Below are positions 8,165 to 18,272 of a stretch of 31,584 bases of DNA, in pieces. The stretch spans positions 1-31,584 of IMG/VR virus record IMGVR_UViG_3300023252_000080. One strand, written 5' to 3'. Source of the DNA: a virus. Its lineage: Duplodnaviria > Caudoviricetes. Numbering within the stretch: position 1 is the first letter of the stretch; the number at the start of each line of letters is the position of its first letter. The translations under genes were made by a program, and so were the position numbers. The notes beneath the pieces were generated by a model. It was not told the DNA's origin, searched no databases, and was given only the letters and a program-made list of their open reading frames with translations.

Positions 8165-11100
8165 TCATGCCGGCGGGAACTGGTCGTCGTAGGTGTAAAC
8201 CCGGGCGTCGTAGGGCATGCCCTTCATCGCCGTATTGCCGTTGGCTGGGTCGGAACTGGTGACCAGAACCGGGTAGGCCCAGCGCGAGGCCGGGCCAAAC
8301 AGGATGTGCGGCGGCTCCAGCGGGCCATCCACTACCGGCGTGAAGTCGAGGGCGTCGACGCGGACCGTGTACTGATCCACCTGCGTGGCAGTCCATGGAC
8401 CGGATAGCGTGCCGTCCAGCTTGCGCACGCCGATCCGGTGTTCGCCGCCGGCGCTGAAGTCTAGCGGCTCCGATGAGGTCAGCAGCGTTCCCGGTCCCGT
8501 CACCTCGAAGTCCAGCAGGATCGCGCTCTGGCAACGCTTGGGCGCGTCATCCGCAACGGCCGCGAAACTCAGGTAGCCGCTGTTGCTGCCGTCCATCTCG
8601 GTTTCCCAGGTGTAAATGTCGGTCCGGAACTTCTGGTGGCCACGCCGGCGCATACCGATCCGCCAGGCCCTGGTCCTGTCGCTGACGCCCGGCATCTTGA
8701 TCTTCTCAACCTTGGTGCCCAGGTCACCTGGCCACCGGCACTCGACCGTCTCCCACGCCCAAGTGGTGCGCGAGAAGAACTCCACATCCACGCCGTCGAA
8801 GTCGTTGATAGACGGCATGGCGCCGCTGATCTTGAGCATCTTGGTCATGTTCTGTGGCGAGTAGGTCTGCGTTTTCGGTCCGTAGGTCACGTCGAAAGCA
8901 GCCCGGGCACTATCCCGAACCGGGCGCAGCAATCCCCGGAAGGTCACCAGTTCGCCGAACCCACACGCCAGCGCGTTGTTGATCATGTCCTTGACGGTGA
9001 TCGTCGACTCCAGCGTCTCGTCGTAGGTGTCACCCCGGGCTACGCAGATGTTGTGGAATGCCTGCCACTCCGGCAGATCCAGATCATCGTCCGTGTACCC
9101 GCGCTGCTTCAGCTGGTAGATGCACCAGGGCACGATGTCGCGGGTTGGCCCGGTACCGCCCTCCATCAACGGCAGGATGCGGGTTGCCTCCCCACTTACC
9201 TGGCTCTCCGACTGCGCGGATAACCGATCACCGCCGCGGATATTGCAGGAGATGACCGTCATCGGGTAGCTGGTGGGCGAGTTCTGCATCCGCCCGCGCA
9301 GGTCCGTCCAGGTGGCGTCATCCCGCGCTTCATCGTTGATACGGCCGGGCCGGTCCACGTACTGCTTGCGGATACGCGCCTCGGCTCGCATTGCGTATGG
9401 CAGCGTGATTCGCTCGGTGAAGCCCTGAGCATCAAGCGAGCCGCCCACGTTCATGTACTCGAGCTTTGTCCAGGCGCCGGCCACGTCCATGTCGCGGTAC
9501 TCGAACACGTAGTAGGTCGGGATCTCGTAAATCTGCCCTTCCCTACCGATACCGGCCAAGCCATTGGCGTAGGTGACAGTCCACTCCAGTTGGGTGACTT
9601 TCTCGTTTTCCGGGCAGCAGGCGAATGGCCCGCGGTAGCCGCCCTGCAGGTTCGAAGCGTCCAGCGTGATGAGGCCGTTCACGGTCTGCATGGCGTTGAA
9701 TCCGGGCCAGCCCGCGTCGGTCGACCCGGACGAGGTCAGGCGCTCAACCTCGAGCAGGCTCGTGCTGAAGGCCGTGATCCGGTACCGCAGCCCGCGTGGG
9801 CCGATAGTGGCCAGACCCTGACCCAGCGCCAGCCCCACCACAGGCGATCCACCGTCGTAGTCCAGCGTCATTTCCGCTGGCTGCTCGGGAATGGCGCTTG
9901 TCGTTGCTGTGCCGGTCGACCCGACCGGAGACGATCCCAGAATGGTGGATGCACCGGTAGCCGTGATGGCCTGGCCAGCAAACGGGGTCAGCTCAACGAA
10001 GCGCAGGCGCCCGCTGCTCTGCTGGGCCTGGAATGGCGTACCGCTCAGCTGGGCATTCAGCGCAGTCACAAGCCCGGCCAGGTCGGTTATCGCCGTGTTC
10101 AGCGTCACCGGGTAGGTCGAACTGCCGCGCGCCAGGCTAAAGCTAAGAGGCGTCACGTTGAAGTCGTACCGGCTCGGCGCCGCTGATCCGGTGAGCGTCG
10201 ATGCCGTGCCCGGGTCAGCAGGTACGGCCGGAGTGTATGGCGTGTAGCTGTGCACGACGTACAGGCCAGCGTTCGCCCCAGCCACCTCGATGAGCATGCC
10301 CACCGAAGGGTTCAGCATCTCCAGCGGGCCGCGGATGATGTCACGCCCGGCGCCACCGTCGATCACCGTGTAGGTGTACGGAGCGAGCACGCGAATGATG
10401 ATGCCGTTCGACCAGTCGGCAGAGAACTGGCCGGAGCCAGCCGGCACGCTGATGGTGTCGCCAATGAACTGGTAAGCCGAAGCCGTGATCGATCTGGTGA
10501 GGTCGGTGGCCATGGTCAGCTCCAAGCCGGCCGAGCCGCTTGAGCTTGCCCCTACCTCGGGCACGTTGAACCAGTTGATGTGGGCTGGGTCGCCAGAAAG
10601 ATCGGCACCTGGTGGGTAAATCGTGAACGTTGCATCGGATCCAAGGGAGATCAGCGGGGTTTCGCCAACCTTGACCTTCGCCAGCGGCACGTCGTACTCG
10701 CCCTCGCCTATGTAGAGCAGCATTTCAACGCGCTGGTCGCGCGGCGAGACATGCACCCGCCGTGGCTGGGCCAGGTACGACCCGTATACGCGCTGATGCC
10801 CTGCGATCTGGCGCACTGGCTCGCCCAGCTTGACCTTGTTGCCCTTGGCGCTGGCCTCGGTCAGCGGGTCGCCCTGCTGGGTACCCGCACTGGACGGCAT
10901 GCCAGGCATCTTCGGCATGATCGCTTTGAGCACGGCCTTGGCGCCCTTGAACAGGGCGAAGGTGATGGAGAATGGGTCGGTACCCTGGGGCTCGCGGTAG
11001 ATCTGGAGCAGGTCGGATGGCTTGAACTTCACCTTGTGCCACAGGTGCTGTTCGATCACCTCATCGTTCAGCACCACGCTGATTGGCGGGCTTTCGCGGC

Positions 11101-11215
11101 GCTCATACGACGGAGCCAGGGCCTTCAGCCATTCCTCGATCGACATGCGGCGGTTGGTCTTCCAAGTGCCGAGAGGAGCCGTGTCACTCAGCTTGTTCGG
11201 GTAGAACTCGATCAC
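8165..11215 (-). CDS. Central tail tip / host-specificity protein (TipJ-like)
   Basis: 1016 aa at the lambda J position after NlpC. Typical GNKVKLGEPV...G and C-terminal YDARVY. Confidence 0.85.
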   Translation of the reverse strand: MIEFYPNKLSDTAPLGTWKTNRRMSIEEWLKALAPSYERRESPPISVVLNDEVIEQHLWHKVKFKPSDLLQIYREPQGTDPFSITFALFKGAKAVLKAIMPKMPGMPSSAGTQQGDPLTEASAKGNKVKLGEPVRQIAGHQRVYGSYLAQPRRVHVSPRDQRVEMLLYIGEGEYDVPLAKVKVGETPLISLGSDATFTIYPPGADLSGDPAHINWFNVPEVGASSSGSAGLELTMATDLTRSITASAYQFIGDTISVPAGSGQFSADWSNGIIIRVLAPYTYTVIDGGAGRDIIRGPLEMLNPSVGMLIEVAGANAGLYVVHSYTPYTPAVPADPGTASTLTGSAAPSRYDFNVTPLSFSLARGSSTYPVTLNTAITDLAGLVTALNAQLSGTPFQAQQSSGRLRFVELTPFAGQAITATGASTILGSSPVGSTGTATTSAIPEQPAEMTLDYDGGSPVVGLALGQGLATIGPRGLRYRITAFSTSLLEVERLTSSGSTDAGWPGFNAMQTVNGLITLDASNLQGGYRGPFACCPENEKVTQLEWTVTYANGLAGIGREGQIYEIPTYYVFEYRDMDVAGAWTKLEYMNVGGSLDAQGFTERITLPYAMRAEARIRKQYVDRPGRINDEARDDATWTDLRGRMQNSPTSYPMTVISCNIRGGDRLSAQSESQVSGEATRILPLMEGGTGPTRDIVPWCIYQLKQRGYTDDDLDLPEWQAFHNICVARGDTYDETLESTITVKDMINNALACGFGELVTFRGLLRPVRDSARAAFDVTYGPKTQTYSPQNMTKMLKISGAMPSINDFDGVDVEFFSRTTWAWETVECRWPGDLGTKVEKIKMPGVSDRTRAWRIGMRRRGHQKFRTDIYTWETEMDGSNSGYLSFAAVADDAPKRCQSAILLDFEVTGPGTLLTSSEPLDFSAGGEHRIGVRKLDGTLSGPWTATQVDQYTVRVDALDFTPVVDGPLEPPHILFGPASRWAYPVLVTSSDPANGNTAMKGMPYDARVYTYDDQFPPA

Positions 11216-11588
11216 GGTAATAGACCACCTTGGGATGAGCGGCTTCGAACTCGCCGGTTGTCCGGAGGCAGGCGCCGCCGGGGTTTGTGTCCAGCACCTT
11301 CAGCCGGTTTTCGCTTTCCACCACCACGCCCACATGGAGGCAAAGAGCGCCCCGGAACACGGCGGCAATGGCGCCGGGCTCGGGCTGGCATTCCTCCATG
11401 CCCTGGCGCAGGTCGTGATAGGCCTCGGTGTTGGCCCTGAGCTTGTTCTTGCCCACGGCGCCGAGGCTGGGCAGCAGCGGCAGGCCGAACACCTCATGGC
11501 GCACCGCGATGCACAGCCCCCAGCAATCGAAGGCAATAGGCCCCCGTGCACCCTCGCGATACGGGGCGCGCATGAATTTTTCGATCAT
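11184..11588 (-). CDS. NlpC/P60-like tail assembly protein
   Basis: PYREGARG...FDCWGL and LHVGVV motifs. Confidence 0.85.
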   Translation of the reverse strand: MIEKFMRAPYREGARGPIAFDCWGLCIAVRHEVFGLPLLPSLGAVGKNKLRANTEAYHDLRQGMEECQPEPGAIAAVFRGALCLHVGVVVESENRLKVLDTNPGGACLRTTGEFEAAHPKVVYYRDRVLPEQAE

Positions 11589-11590
11589 GG

Positions 11591-12070
11591 TCAGATGTAC
11601 TTCAGGCCAGGTGCCAAGGTGGTGGTCAGAATGGTGCGCAGACCGTTGGTGTTGAGCAGGTCGAAGAAACCGGCGGTGAGCTTGGCCACGTCGTCTTCAT
11701 ACTCCCGGCTGAGCAGCGTCATGCGGTACCGCTCCTGCGGGAATGTCAGGTCCTCTGCCAGATAGCGTCGGAAGGTGATGATGAAGCGGTCGTCGGCAGC
11801 CTTGGCTTCCTCAACGACCTCCTGCACCTCGCCCGTGACGTTGTCCAAGCCCAGCACCAGGTTCTGGAACGCGCTGTTGTCGTTCTTCGGCAGGGCCAGA
11901 TCCATGGCCATTGCCACGAAGGTCAGCGTGCGGCCGTCCTCGGTGATGCACACCCGGTCTTCCCAGCCCGAGCAGTAGCAGTGCGAGACCGTGCCGCCCT
12001 CTTTCCGCGCCTCAATCGTATCCACCAGCTCCCCGCGCCCCGAGGCGTAGCACTCTTCTATCAGGCTCAT
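11591..12070 (-). CDS. Minor tail protein (DUF1833-like)
   Basis: Position between distal tail and NlpC genes. Start MSLIEECY overlaps the upstream stop. Confidence 0.75.
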   Translation of the reverse strand: MSLIEECYASGRGELVDTIEARKEGGTVSHCYCSGWEDRVCITEDGRTLTFVAMAMDLALPKNDNSAFQNLVLGLDNVTGEVQEVVEEAKAADDRFIITFRRYLAEDLTFPQERYRMTLLSREYEDDVAKLTAGFFDLLNTNGLRTILTTTLAPGLKYI

Positions 12071-12543
12071 CCGAAGTAATCCGTATGCCATTTCTCAAGG
12101 GTGGATTGCAGGCCGGAGTTGAACTGGTCGAGCGGCATGCCAAGGTAGGCACCGAGGTACTGGTCCTCGGTGTAGACCGGCCGTTTCTTGAACTCCAAGC
12201 GGGCAGAGAACCGCCAGCGCTTGATCTGAGCCAGTTCCCCGCCGGTGGGTATGCCCTTGAAATGGACCAAGTGCACCTGCATGCCCAGCGGGGTCTGAAG
12301 CGGCATCTCGAACCACTCGACGCCAAGGTTCAGAGCCCACGTATACCAACCCTCGAACAGCGCAGCCTCTTCCTGGCTGAAGTTGAATGTGAACTGAGCG
12401 GAGGTCGGAGGATTGCTGGTTACCCGTCGATACCGCGACCGGCCGGTGACCATCGGCGTAGCCCGCATCGGATCAACCGTGCTCAGGCCGTACCCCTCCT
12501 GCAGAGGAAGTGGCAATTCTGCCGGGTATTGAATCATTGCCAT
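12067..12543 (-). CDS. Distal tail / minor tail protein
   Basis: YPAELPLPLQEGY...G.SRYRR...WFEMPL pattern. Follows the tape measure gene. Confidence 0.75.
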   Translation of the reverse strand: MAMIQYPAELPLPLQEGYGLSTVDPMRATPMVTGRSRYRRVTSNPPTSAQFTFNFSQEEAALFEGWYTWALNLGVEWFEMPLQTPLGMQVHLVHFKGIPTGGELAQIKRWRFSARLEFKKRPVYTEDQYLGAYLGMPLDQFNSGLQSTLEKWHTDYFG

Positions 12544-12562
12544 TCCTCAGCTGAGGTTCGTT

Positions 12563-12706
12563 TTAGGTGAGCGGGCTGAGGCCCAGCGCTTCCTCGATGC
12601 GGGCAAGCCGCCGTTGCAGCAGAAGCTCTTTCTCGTCAGGCGGCGCGACAGGCTCGGGCACAGTTGAGCCCGGCCCGGTATCGGCCTCTTCCGTTTCGGT
12701 GGTCAT
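12563..12706 (-). CDS. 47-aa hypothetical protein MTTETEEADTG...RIEEALGLSPLT (not in ORF track)
   Basis: AAGGA RBS. Fills the gap between tape measure and distal tail genes. Confidence 0.65.
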   Translation of the reverse strand: MTTETEEADTGPGSTVPEPVAPPDEKELLLQRRLARIEEALGLSPLT

Positions 12707-12715
12707 GTAATTTCC

Positions 12716-15634
12716 TTACGTTGGAACGCGCTGAAGACCAAAGGCCGCCTGAAGCGCCTGAGCTCGCTCGCCGTCTCCCCAGATGTCAGCGACGAAGGCG
12801 TCGATCTCAAGCTGGCCGTTGTCGCCGGTGCGCTGGTCGACTGTGCCGGCACGGGACCGGTCTTCGATCAGGTTCACGGTGACGTTTGGCTGGGGCGAGG
12901 CGGCTACTGCTGTCTGGCTGCTGCTGGCCGGAGTTGTAGAAGCTGCGCTGGAGCCGCCAGCCACCGATACCCGCTCATTCGAGTTAATCGCTTCGAGCAG
13001 AGCCCGGTTGCGCTTGGTCGCCGCGGCGTTCACCACAAATTCGCCGTCACTGAGGCGGGCCATGATGCTGTCGGAGGTACCGGTACCAGCACCGGACACG
13101 TAGCCACCGGTGGCGAAACCAGGAATCACGGCAAGGCTGGATGCCAGGGCCGTGGTCGAAGTCAGCGCCGCCGCCGCGGGCGCGGAGTTGGCGCCCAGCG
13201 TTGCAAGGGAAGCCATCGCCGCCGCCGGCGCCCAGGCGGTGGCCGTGGCTCCAGCCAAGATCATGCTCTGACTGGCTGCAGCCGTACCTAGGGTGGCGTT
13301 GAGCGCAGCATTCAGCGCCATCTGCACGCCCATCTTCACGAAGCCCGCGAGGATGTCGCGCACGACGTCACCGGCGATGTCACCCAAGTTGCTGAACGAC
13401 AACTGCCCATCCATGATCGCGTCGGTGATGTCGGTGGAGATGTTGTTGAACGCGCTGGAGAAGATGTACTCCGTCTGCCCGGCGATATCCCGCGCCTGGT
13501 TGCCGAAGTTCTGCACCGCCGCCGTCCACCCGTTGATCGGGTTCAGCATGGCCTGGTCCATCTGAGCCCATCCGGCCTGCATCGCTGCAAGCTGCTGGGG
13601 CAGGAACTCGTTGATGGCGTCGATCTGGCCTTGGAGCGCCTGCCGCTGCTTCTCGTCCGTGGCGTTGGCCAGTTCGGTCTGCAGCTGCAGCAGGCGGTCG
13701 TTGGTCTGCATCTCCAGGTTAAGCCGCTGCTGCATGCGAGACGCCTGCAGGTCGCCCATTCCGATGCTGGCAGCATCAAGCGCGTACTGGTCGCGCTCGT
13801 TGGCCAGCTGCTTCTGCAACTGTGCGCGGTACTGTTCGACGGCGGTCAGGCCTTGGGCACCCTTCAGTGCTGCGGCGTAGTTGATCGATGCCTGGGCCAG
13901 CGCCTTGCTGTACTCCTCTTGGGTGATCTTGCCCTTGGTCAGCGCCAGGTCGAGTTGGCCCTGCTCCTTGGTGAGTGCTCGGGCTGCCTGGGCAGCTGGG
14001 TCGTACTGGCCGTACAGGCGGGCGAAGGTGTTCTCCGCCTCGGCCACGCCGCGGTTGACGTTCTTCGGCGCGTTCTTCTTCGCCTCGCGGGTTTTGATGT
14101 CCGCGATTTCCTGCTCGATGTTCTTGCGGGCAGTGGCGTACTTTGTCTCTTGTTCGGAATTGAATCCGCCGGCCGCCATCGCATCGGCGCGGGCCTTCTC
14201 GAGGTCCTCCAGCTGCTGCTGCAGCTTCTGGGTCTGGGTTTGCGCGGCAGTGAACGTCGAGTTGATCAGATCCACGCCTTTCTTGCCGGCGTCTTGAACA
14301 AATCTGTTGGTATTGCCTTCCCACGCCTTCCAGGCTTCGTCGGCAATACGGCCCTGCAGTTCAGTGGCTCGCTTTTCCAGCGCCTTGAGGCTGTCGGGGT
14401 TTACGCCCATAAGGCTGCTCGCGGCAGACCCGTACTTGCTTATTGACTTGCGTGCCTCGGCGATCTGGCTATAGACATCGGCCAGTTCCTGTTCAGGAGT
14501 GGTCTTTCTCCCAACATCAAGCATCGCATCCCAGGCTTTCTTGGCGAAGCTGCCAAGGGATTGCCAGGCGGACTCCAGGGAGCCGAGATTGCTTTCCATC
14601 TCTGCCGATCTGGAGCTCAATGCTGTAGCATACAGATCGGTCGCCGCCCTTGCGGCATCGATGGTTTTCCCCTGCTTTTCCAGAGAGATGATGTTCGCGT
14701 ACTGGCTGGCAGTGAGGAAGTTGAGCTCTGCGTCGAGCTTCTTCACTGCCTCAACTGGACCTTTAGCGATCTCGTTGAAGGACTGAACCACCTTGGTAAC
14801 GTCTTCCCCCGTCTGCTTGGACCAGGCTAGTGACGCTTTTGTGATCTGTGCATACATGGGGGTGAGAGCGTTGCCGGCCCCGGCAAGCTGCTCGAGAACC
14901 TTAGACGCTGCGCCAACAGTCGTGCCAGTGTTAGCCACCTGCTCGGCAAGGTTGGCAAGTTCGCTGTAGCTCGTACCTGCTGCGTTCCCATTCCTGATAA
15001 TCGCATCAGTCAGTCGGTCCGACTCTTCGGATCCCTTGTAGTACGCCAGAGTCAGCGTGCCAGCTGCTGCGGCCGCCACTGTGAACGGATTCACCAGGCC
15101 AAGGACGTAACCACCAAGGGCCTTGGCCGCAGGTAGAGCGCCGCCGAACATATCCTTGAGCTGACCGCCCTGCTGCAGGAACACCGTGAGCGGCGCTTGC
15201 CCGCCCTGAAGGCTAACCGCGATATCGGTAAATTGAGCAGGCACTCCACGCAATGCTGCCTGGTAAGCCTTGGCCGACATTCCAGCCTTGTTCATGGTCG
15301 TGGTGGTTTCGCCGAGAGCTTCTCGCATCGTGTTGATGCGCTGGGTGTACTCGACGAATGTGTCGCTCTCGACGACGCCAGCCTTCTTCAGCTTGGCCAG
15401 CTTTTCCTGCATGTCATCAAGACGGCCCAAGGCGGCAACCGTGGGGTTGATCTGACCCAGCAACTGGGCGAGCTCTTTGCGCTGATCATCAAGGCTACTG
15501 CTCACACCATCGGCAGATGAGGCCGCTGCATCGCCGGCCCTCTCCATGCGCTCAAGGGATGATGTTAGGTCGTCCGCATTGCGCTTCGCGCCCCGCGAGT
15601 CGATCGTTACCGCCAGGCGGGATTCCTGGGTCAT
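12716..15634 (-). CDS. Tail tape measure protein (lambda-type)
   Basis: 972-aa Ala/Gln-rich protein with QFTDI...LQQGGQLKD and GFATGG...SDGEFVV motifs. Confidence 0.95.
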   Translation of the reverse strand: MTQESRLAVTIDSRGAKRNADDLTSSLERMERAGDAAASSADGVSSSLDDQRKELAQLLGQINPTVAALGRLDDMQEKLAKLKKAGVVESDTFVEYTQRINTMREALGETTTTMNKAGMSAKAYQAALRGVPAQFTDIAVSLQGGQAPLTVFLQQGGQLKDMFGGALPAAKALGGYVLGLVNPFTVAAAAAGTLTLAYYKGSEESDRLTDAIIRNGNAAGTSYSELANLAEQVANTGTTVGAASKVLEQLAGAGNALTPMYAQITKASLAWSKQTGEDVTKVVQSFNEIAKGPVEAVKKLDAELNFLTASQYANIISLEKQGKTIDAARAATDLYATALSSRSAEMESNLGSLESAWQSLGSFAKKAWDAMLDVGRKTTPEQELADVYSQIAEARKSISKYGSAASSLMGVNPDSLKALEKRATELQGRIADEAWKAWEGNTNRFVQDAGKKGVDLINSTFTAAQTQTQKLQQQLEDLEKARADAMAAGGFNSEQETKYATARKNIEQEIADIKTREAKKNAPKNVNRGVAEAENTFARLYGQYDPAAQAARALTKEQGQLDLALTKGKITQEEYSKALAQASINYAAALKGAQGLTAVEQYRAQLQKQLANERDQYALDAASIGMGDLQASRMQQRLNLEMQTNDRLLQLQTELANATDEKQRQALQGQIDAINEFLPQQLAAMQAGWAQMDQAMLNPINGWTAAVQNFGNQARDIAGQTEYIFSSAFNNISTDITDAIMDGQLSFSNLGDIAGDVVRDILAGFVKMGVQMALNAALNATLGTAAASQSMILAGATATAWAPAAAMASLATLGANSAPAAAALTSTTALASSLAVIPGFATGGYVSGAGTGTSDSIMARLSDGEFVVNAAATKRNRALLEAINSNERVSVAGGSSAASTTPASSSQTAVAASPQPNVTVNLIEDRSRAGTVDQRTGDNGQLEIDAFVADIWGDGERAQALQAAFGLQRVPT

Positions 15635-15650
15635 ACCTTTCTCCGGGCAT

Positions 15651-15675
15651 AAAAAAACCCGCCGAAGCGGGTCTT
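15651..15675 (-). terminator. Intrinsic terminator after the superinfection-immunity moron
   Basis: ACCCGCTTCGGCGGGT-T6 on the minus strand. Confidence 0.8.
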
Positions 15676-15689
15676 GTATGTGTTTGGTG

Positions 15690-16109
15690 TTAGCTCACCA
15701 CTAGGGAGCTGCCACAGTGCTTGCACTTGATGGCTTCCACCTTGATATCTTCAGCGCAGAATGGGCAGGTTTTTGTGGCTGCGGCAGCCTGTTCCACTAC
15801 CGGCGCCTCTTTGTCCGGAGCGGCCACTGCAGGTGCCGTTTCTGGCTTTTTGAAGGCCCATACCAGCGCGACTACCCAGCCAATCAGCGACCAGCCGAGG
15901 AACAGGTTAACGAGCGCAATTGAGGCGATATTGGTATGCCCGCGCAACTTAGCTTCGATTGTGGGAAGCATGTAAAGCAGCGGCACGCTGATCAGCCCAG
16001 AAAACACGACCAGCTTGCCAAAAGCATTCAGCTCATTAGCTGGTATGGTCCCCATGCCCAAGCTGTAAGCAGCCAGAAATGCCAAAACCACGAATCTCAC
16101 TGCAAACAT
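15690..16109 (-). CDS. Superinfection immunity protein (T4 Imm-like) with C-terminal zinc ribbon
   Basis: YMLPTIEA...NLFLGWSLIGWVVALVWA signature, followed by CPFC...CKHC. Confidence 0.85.
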   Translation of the reverse strand: MFAVRFVVLAFLAAYSLGMGTIPANELNAFGKLVVFSGLISVPLLYMLPTIEAKLRGHTNIASIALVNLFLGWSLIGWVVALVWAFKKPETAPAVAAPDKEAPVVEQAAAATKTCPFCAEDIKVEAIKCKHCGSSLVVS

Positions 16110-16188
16110 AAACTCATCCCTGTATGAACGTATGGCTGGATGCTAGCACTTCATGGGTGCACGGACCAACGGATGGCCTGAGCAGCGG

Positions 16189-16548
16189 CTACTTCTTGGA
16201 CCTGACTTTTTCACCCTCTTTTTGATTCTGCTCATCCCACCGCCGGCGAAACTCGTCGTCCAGGGCGAAGATGGCGGCATCGAACTCTTCGCGACATATC
16301 ACTGAGGGGTAGCGGTCGAGGTATTCGGCGATGGCGGCCGGTGCGATCGGGGCCGGAGCGCCCATCATACCGACGTACTGCCGGGACCGGCCGATGTGGC
16401 CGTAGGCCTCAAGGATCTCGGCAACCACGTCGTCGATATCTGGCGGCTCCTGGGCCTTGAGGCCAAGGCGCTCATGCTTCCAGCGCTTCTTCTCGTTCTC
16501 CGGCCCGGCCCAGTCCCTACCCCAGCGATATGCCGCTACTGCTTTTCC
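16189..16548 (-). CDS. Tail assembly chaperone frameshift extension (gpT-like part of gpGT)
   Basis: The -1 frame relative to the upstream chaperone stays open (AVAAYRWGRDW...FALDDEF) with no own start or RBS. Confidence 0.7.
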   Translation of the reverse strand, partial: GKAVAAYRWGRDWAGPENEKKRWKHERLGLKAQEPPDIDDVVAEILEAYGHIGRSRQYVGMMGAPAPIAPAAIAEYLDRYPSVICREEFDAAIFALDDEFRRRWDEQNQKEGEKVRSKK

Positions 16549-17021
16549 GCAGTGGCTTTGGCCTGCTCCTCGATGCGCTTGGCGATGTCCAGGGCGGTGC
16601 GCAGGGCCAGGAAGTAGACGCTGGGCAGTTGCTCGATCAGCGCCTTGCACAGCTGCGGGGTGTACTTGGCTGGCTCGCCCGGGCGCTCTTCGACGTCGAT
16701 ACCCTGCCAGTCCTTGATCAGGTGCTTGGTGGCGAGGTCGATGAACAGGTCGTCGTCGGTTTCGAGTTCCACATCGGGGATGGAGTCGATGGTGAAGCCA
16801 GCGGTGCCTACGCCTGCCTGCTGATTCAGCGCGGCAAGATGTCGGCGGATCACGGCTTGGTGTGACTTGTAGATAGGGTTGGCGATGGATGCGACCAGAA
16901 TCGCCGCAGTGTCCGGCCCCTTCTCGCATTTCACGGCCAGGCCGCCCGGGCCGACCTTGAAGTGCACCCAGCGCTCGCCGTTGATGTCCAGCTCTGGCTT
17001 TCTTGCAATGGTGATGCCCAT
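16536..17021 (-). CDS. Tail assembly chaperone (gpG-like)
   Basis: Between tail tube and tape measure. GAGGA RBS. Ends G GAA AAG CAG TAG. Confidence 0.8.
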   Translation of the reverse strand: MGITIARKPELDINGERWVHFKVGPGGLAVKCEKGPDTAAILVASIANPIYKSHQAVIRRHLAALNQQAGVGTAGFTIDSIPDVELETDDDLFIDLATKHLIKDWQGIDVEERPGEPAKYTPQLCKALIEQLPSVYFLALRTALDIAKRIEEQAKATAEKQ

Positions 17022-17078
17022 GGTATTCCTCTGCGGTAAAAGGCCCGACGCACACCGCAGGGCGCGCCGGGCAAAGAG

Positions 17079-18248
17079 TTAAGCGGTGACGGTGACAGCG
17101 CAGGTATCGGTCTTGGTGCCGTCTGCGACGCTGGTGGCCGTGATGGTGGCGGTGCCGACTGCCAGAGCGGTGACCAGGCCGGTCTCGCTCACGCTGGCGA
17201 TGGTCGGGGCGGAGCTGGTCCAGGTGACCTGCTGGCTGGCACCGGCCGGGGTGACCACGACTTCGAGGTCGCCGGTATCACCTACTTCCAGGCTCAGGGT
17301 GGCCGGAGTGACATCCACAGCAGCCACAACGATCGGCGCCGGCAGACGGGTGATGGTCGGAGCAACACGGCGCGCGGTGTAGTTCAGTTCCACCTGGATG
17401 ATGTCGGTCGATCCGCCATCAGGCCAGTCAGCGGTAACTTCCATCTCGGGGATCAGGAACTTGTAGCCACCGTCAGCATTGCCGATGGTGAATTCCAAGC
17501 TGATCGCGTCGTTGCCCTTCTGGGCCTTCCACAGCTCGTAGGCCATCTTCGACCAGCTGATGGTGATCGCGCCGGATGGGGTGAAGGTGGTGGCAATGAT
17601 GTTGCCCGGGTACGGGTTGCCGTTGCCGATGCAACGCTGGGTCTGCACGTTGTTGTCGAACTGCAGGTTGAAGCTGTCGACGCAGGCGTTGTCTTCACCC
17701 ACCTGGACGCCGTTGATCTTCAGGCCGCTGATGTCCTTGAAGCTGAAGCGGCGCTGGCTGGCCTCGGGCTGAGCGTTGATGATGAACGACGTGTTGTCGC
17801 CCTTGTCGTCCCAGGAGCGCGCCGCCATGGTCATGGTGACCGTGACCTCGTTGTCGCCCGGGAAATCGAAGTTCATGTTGGCGACTTGCACGCCGCGGGC
17901 GATGGCAGAGACGCCGATGTCGGTCGCGTATGATGCGATCGAGAAGGTGATTCGGTCGTCACCCATGGTCAGAACGTTGCCCGCCCAGTCCTTACCGAAG
18001 CAGGAGGCCATGAAATCGTCCAGTGCGCCAAAGCGCCACTTGGTTTCGATATCGCCGCCCACGTCCACAGTTGTCTGGGCGGTGCCCTGCGACATGCGGG
18101 TGAAGCCGATTTCGTTGTTCTCTTCCGAGTTGAAGGTAGGCATCAGGCCGTTGCTGATTCGCGTCAGCACGTTCCAGTCGCCATCCGGCGTAAAGCCTGG
18201 GGTTACCTCTTTGATCCAGGCAAGCTGGACCTTGGCTCCGCTCGACAT
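17079..18248 (-). CDS. Major tail tube protein with C-terminal Ig-like (Big_2) domain
   Basis: MSSGAKV...E.TPG start. C-terminal VTWTSSAPTIASV...GTATITATS. Confidence 0.9.
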   Translation of the reverse strand: MSSGAKVQLAWIKEVTPGFTPDGDWNVLTRISNGLMPTFNSEENNEIGFTRMSQGTAQTTVDVGGDIETKWRFGALDDFMASCFGKDWAGNVLTMGDDRITFSIASYATDIGVSAIARGVQVANMNFDFPGDNEVTVTMTMAARSWDDKGDNTSFIINAQPEASQRRFSFKDISGLKINGVQVGEDNACVDSFNLQFDNNVQTQRCIGNGNPYPGNIIATTFTPSGAITISWSKMAYELWKAQKGNDAISLEFTIGNADGGYKFLIPEMEVTADWPDGGSTDIIQVELNYTARRVAPTITRLPAPIVVAAVDVTPATLSLEVGDTGDLEVVVTPAGASQQVTWTSSAPTIASVSETGLVTALAVGTATITATSVADGTKTDTCAVTVTA

Positions 18249-18272
18249 GCGGTTTCTCCTATCGATAGGCGT

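Noticed and set aside
8109-8534. N-terminal 142-aa extension of the spike ORF in the ORF track
   Set aside because: It overlaps the tail-tip gene and crosses a terminator. The RBS supports ATG 8108.
16549-17055. Upstream part of the 288-aa ORF 16189-17055
   Set aside because: It overlaps the chaperone in another frame. Only the portion after the slippery site is plausible.
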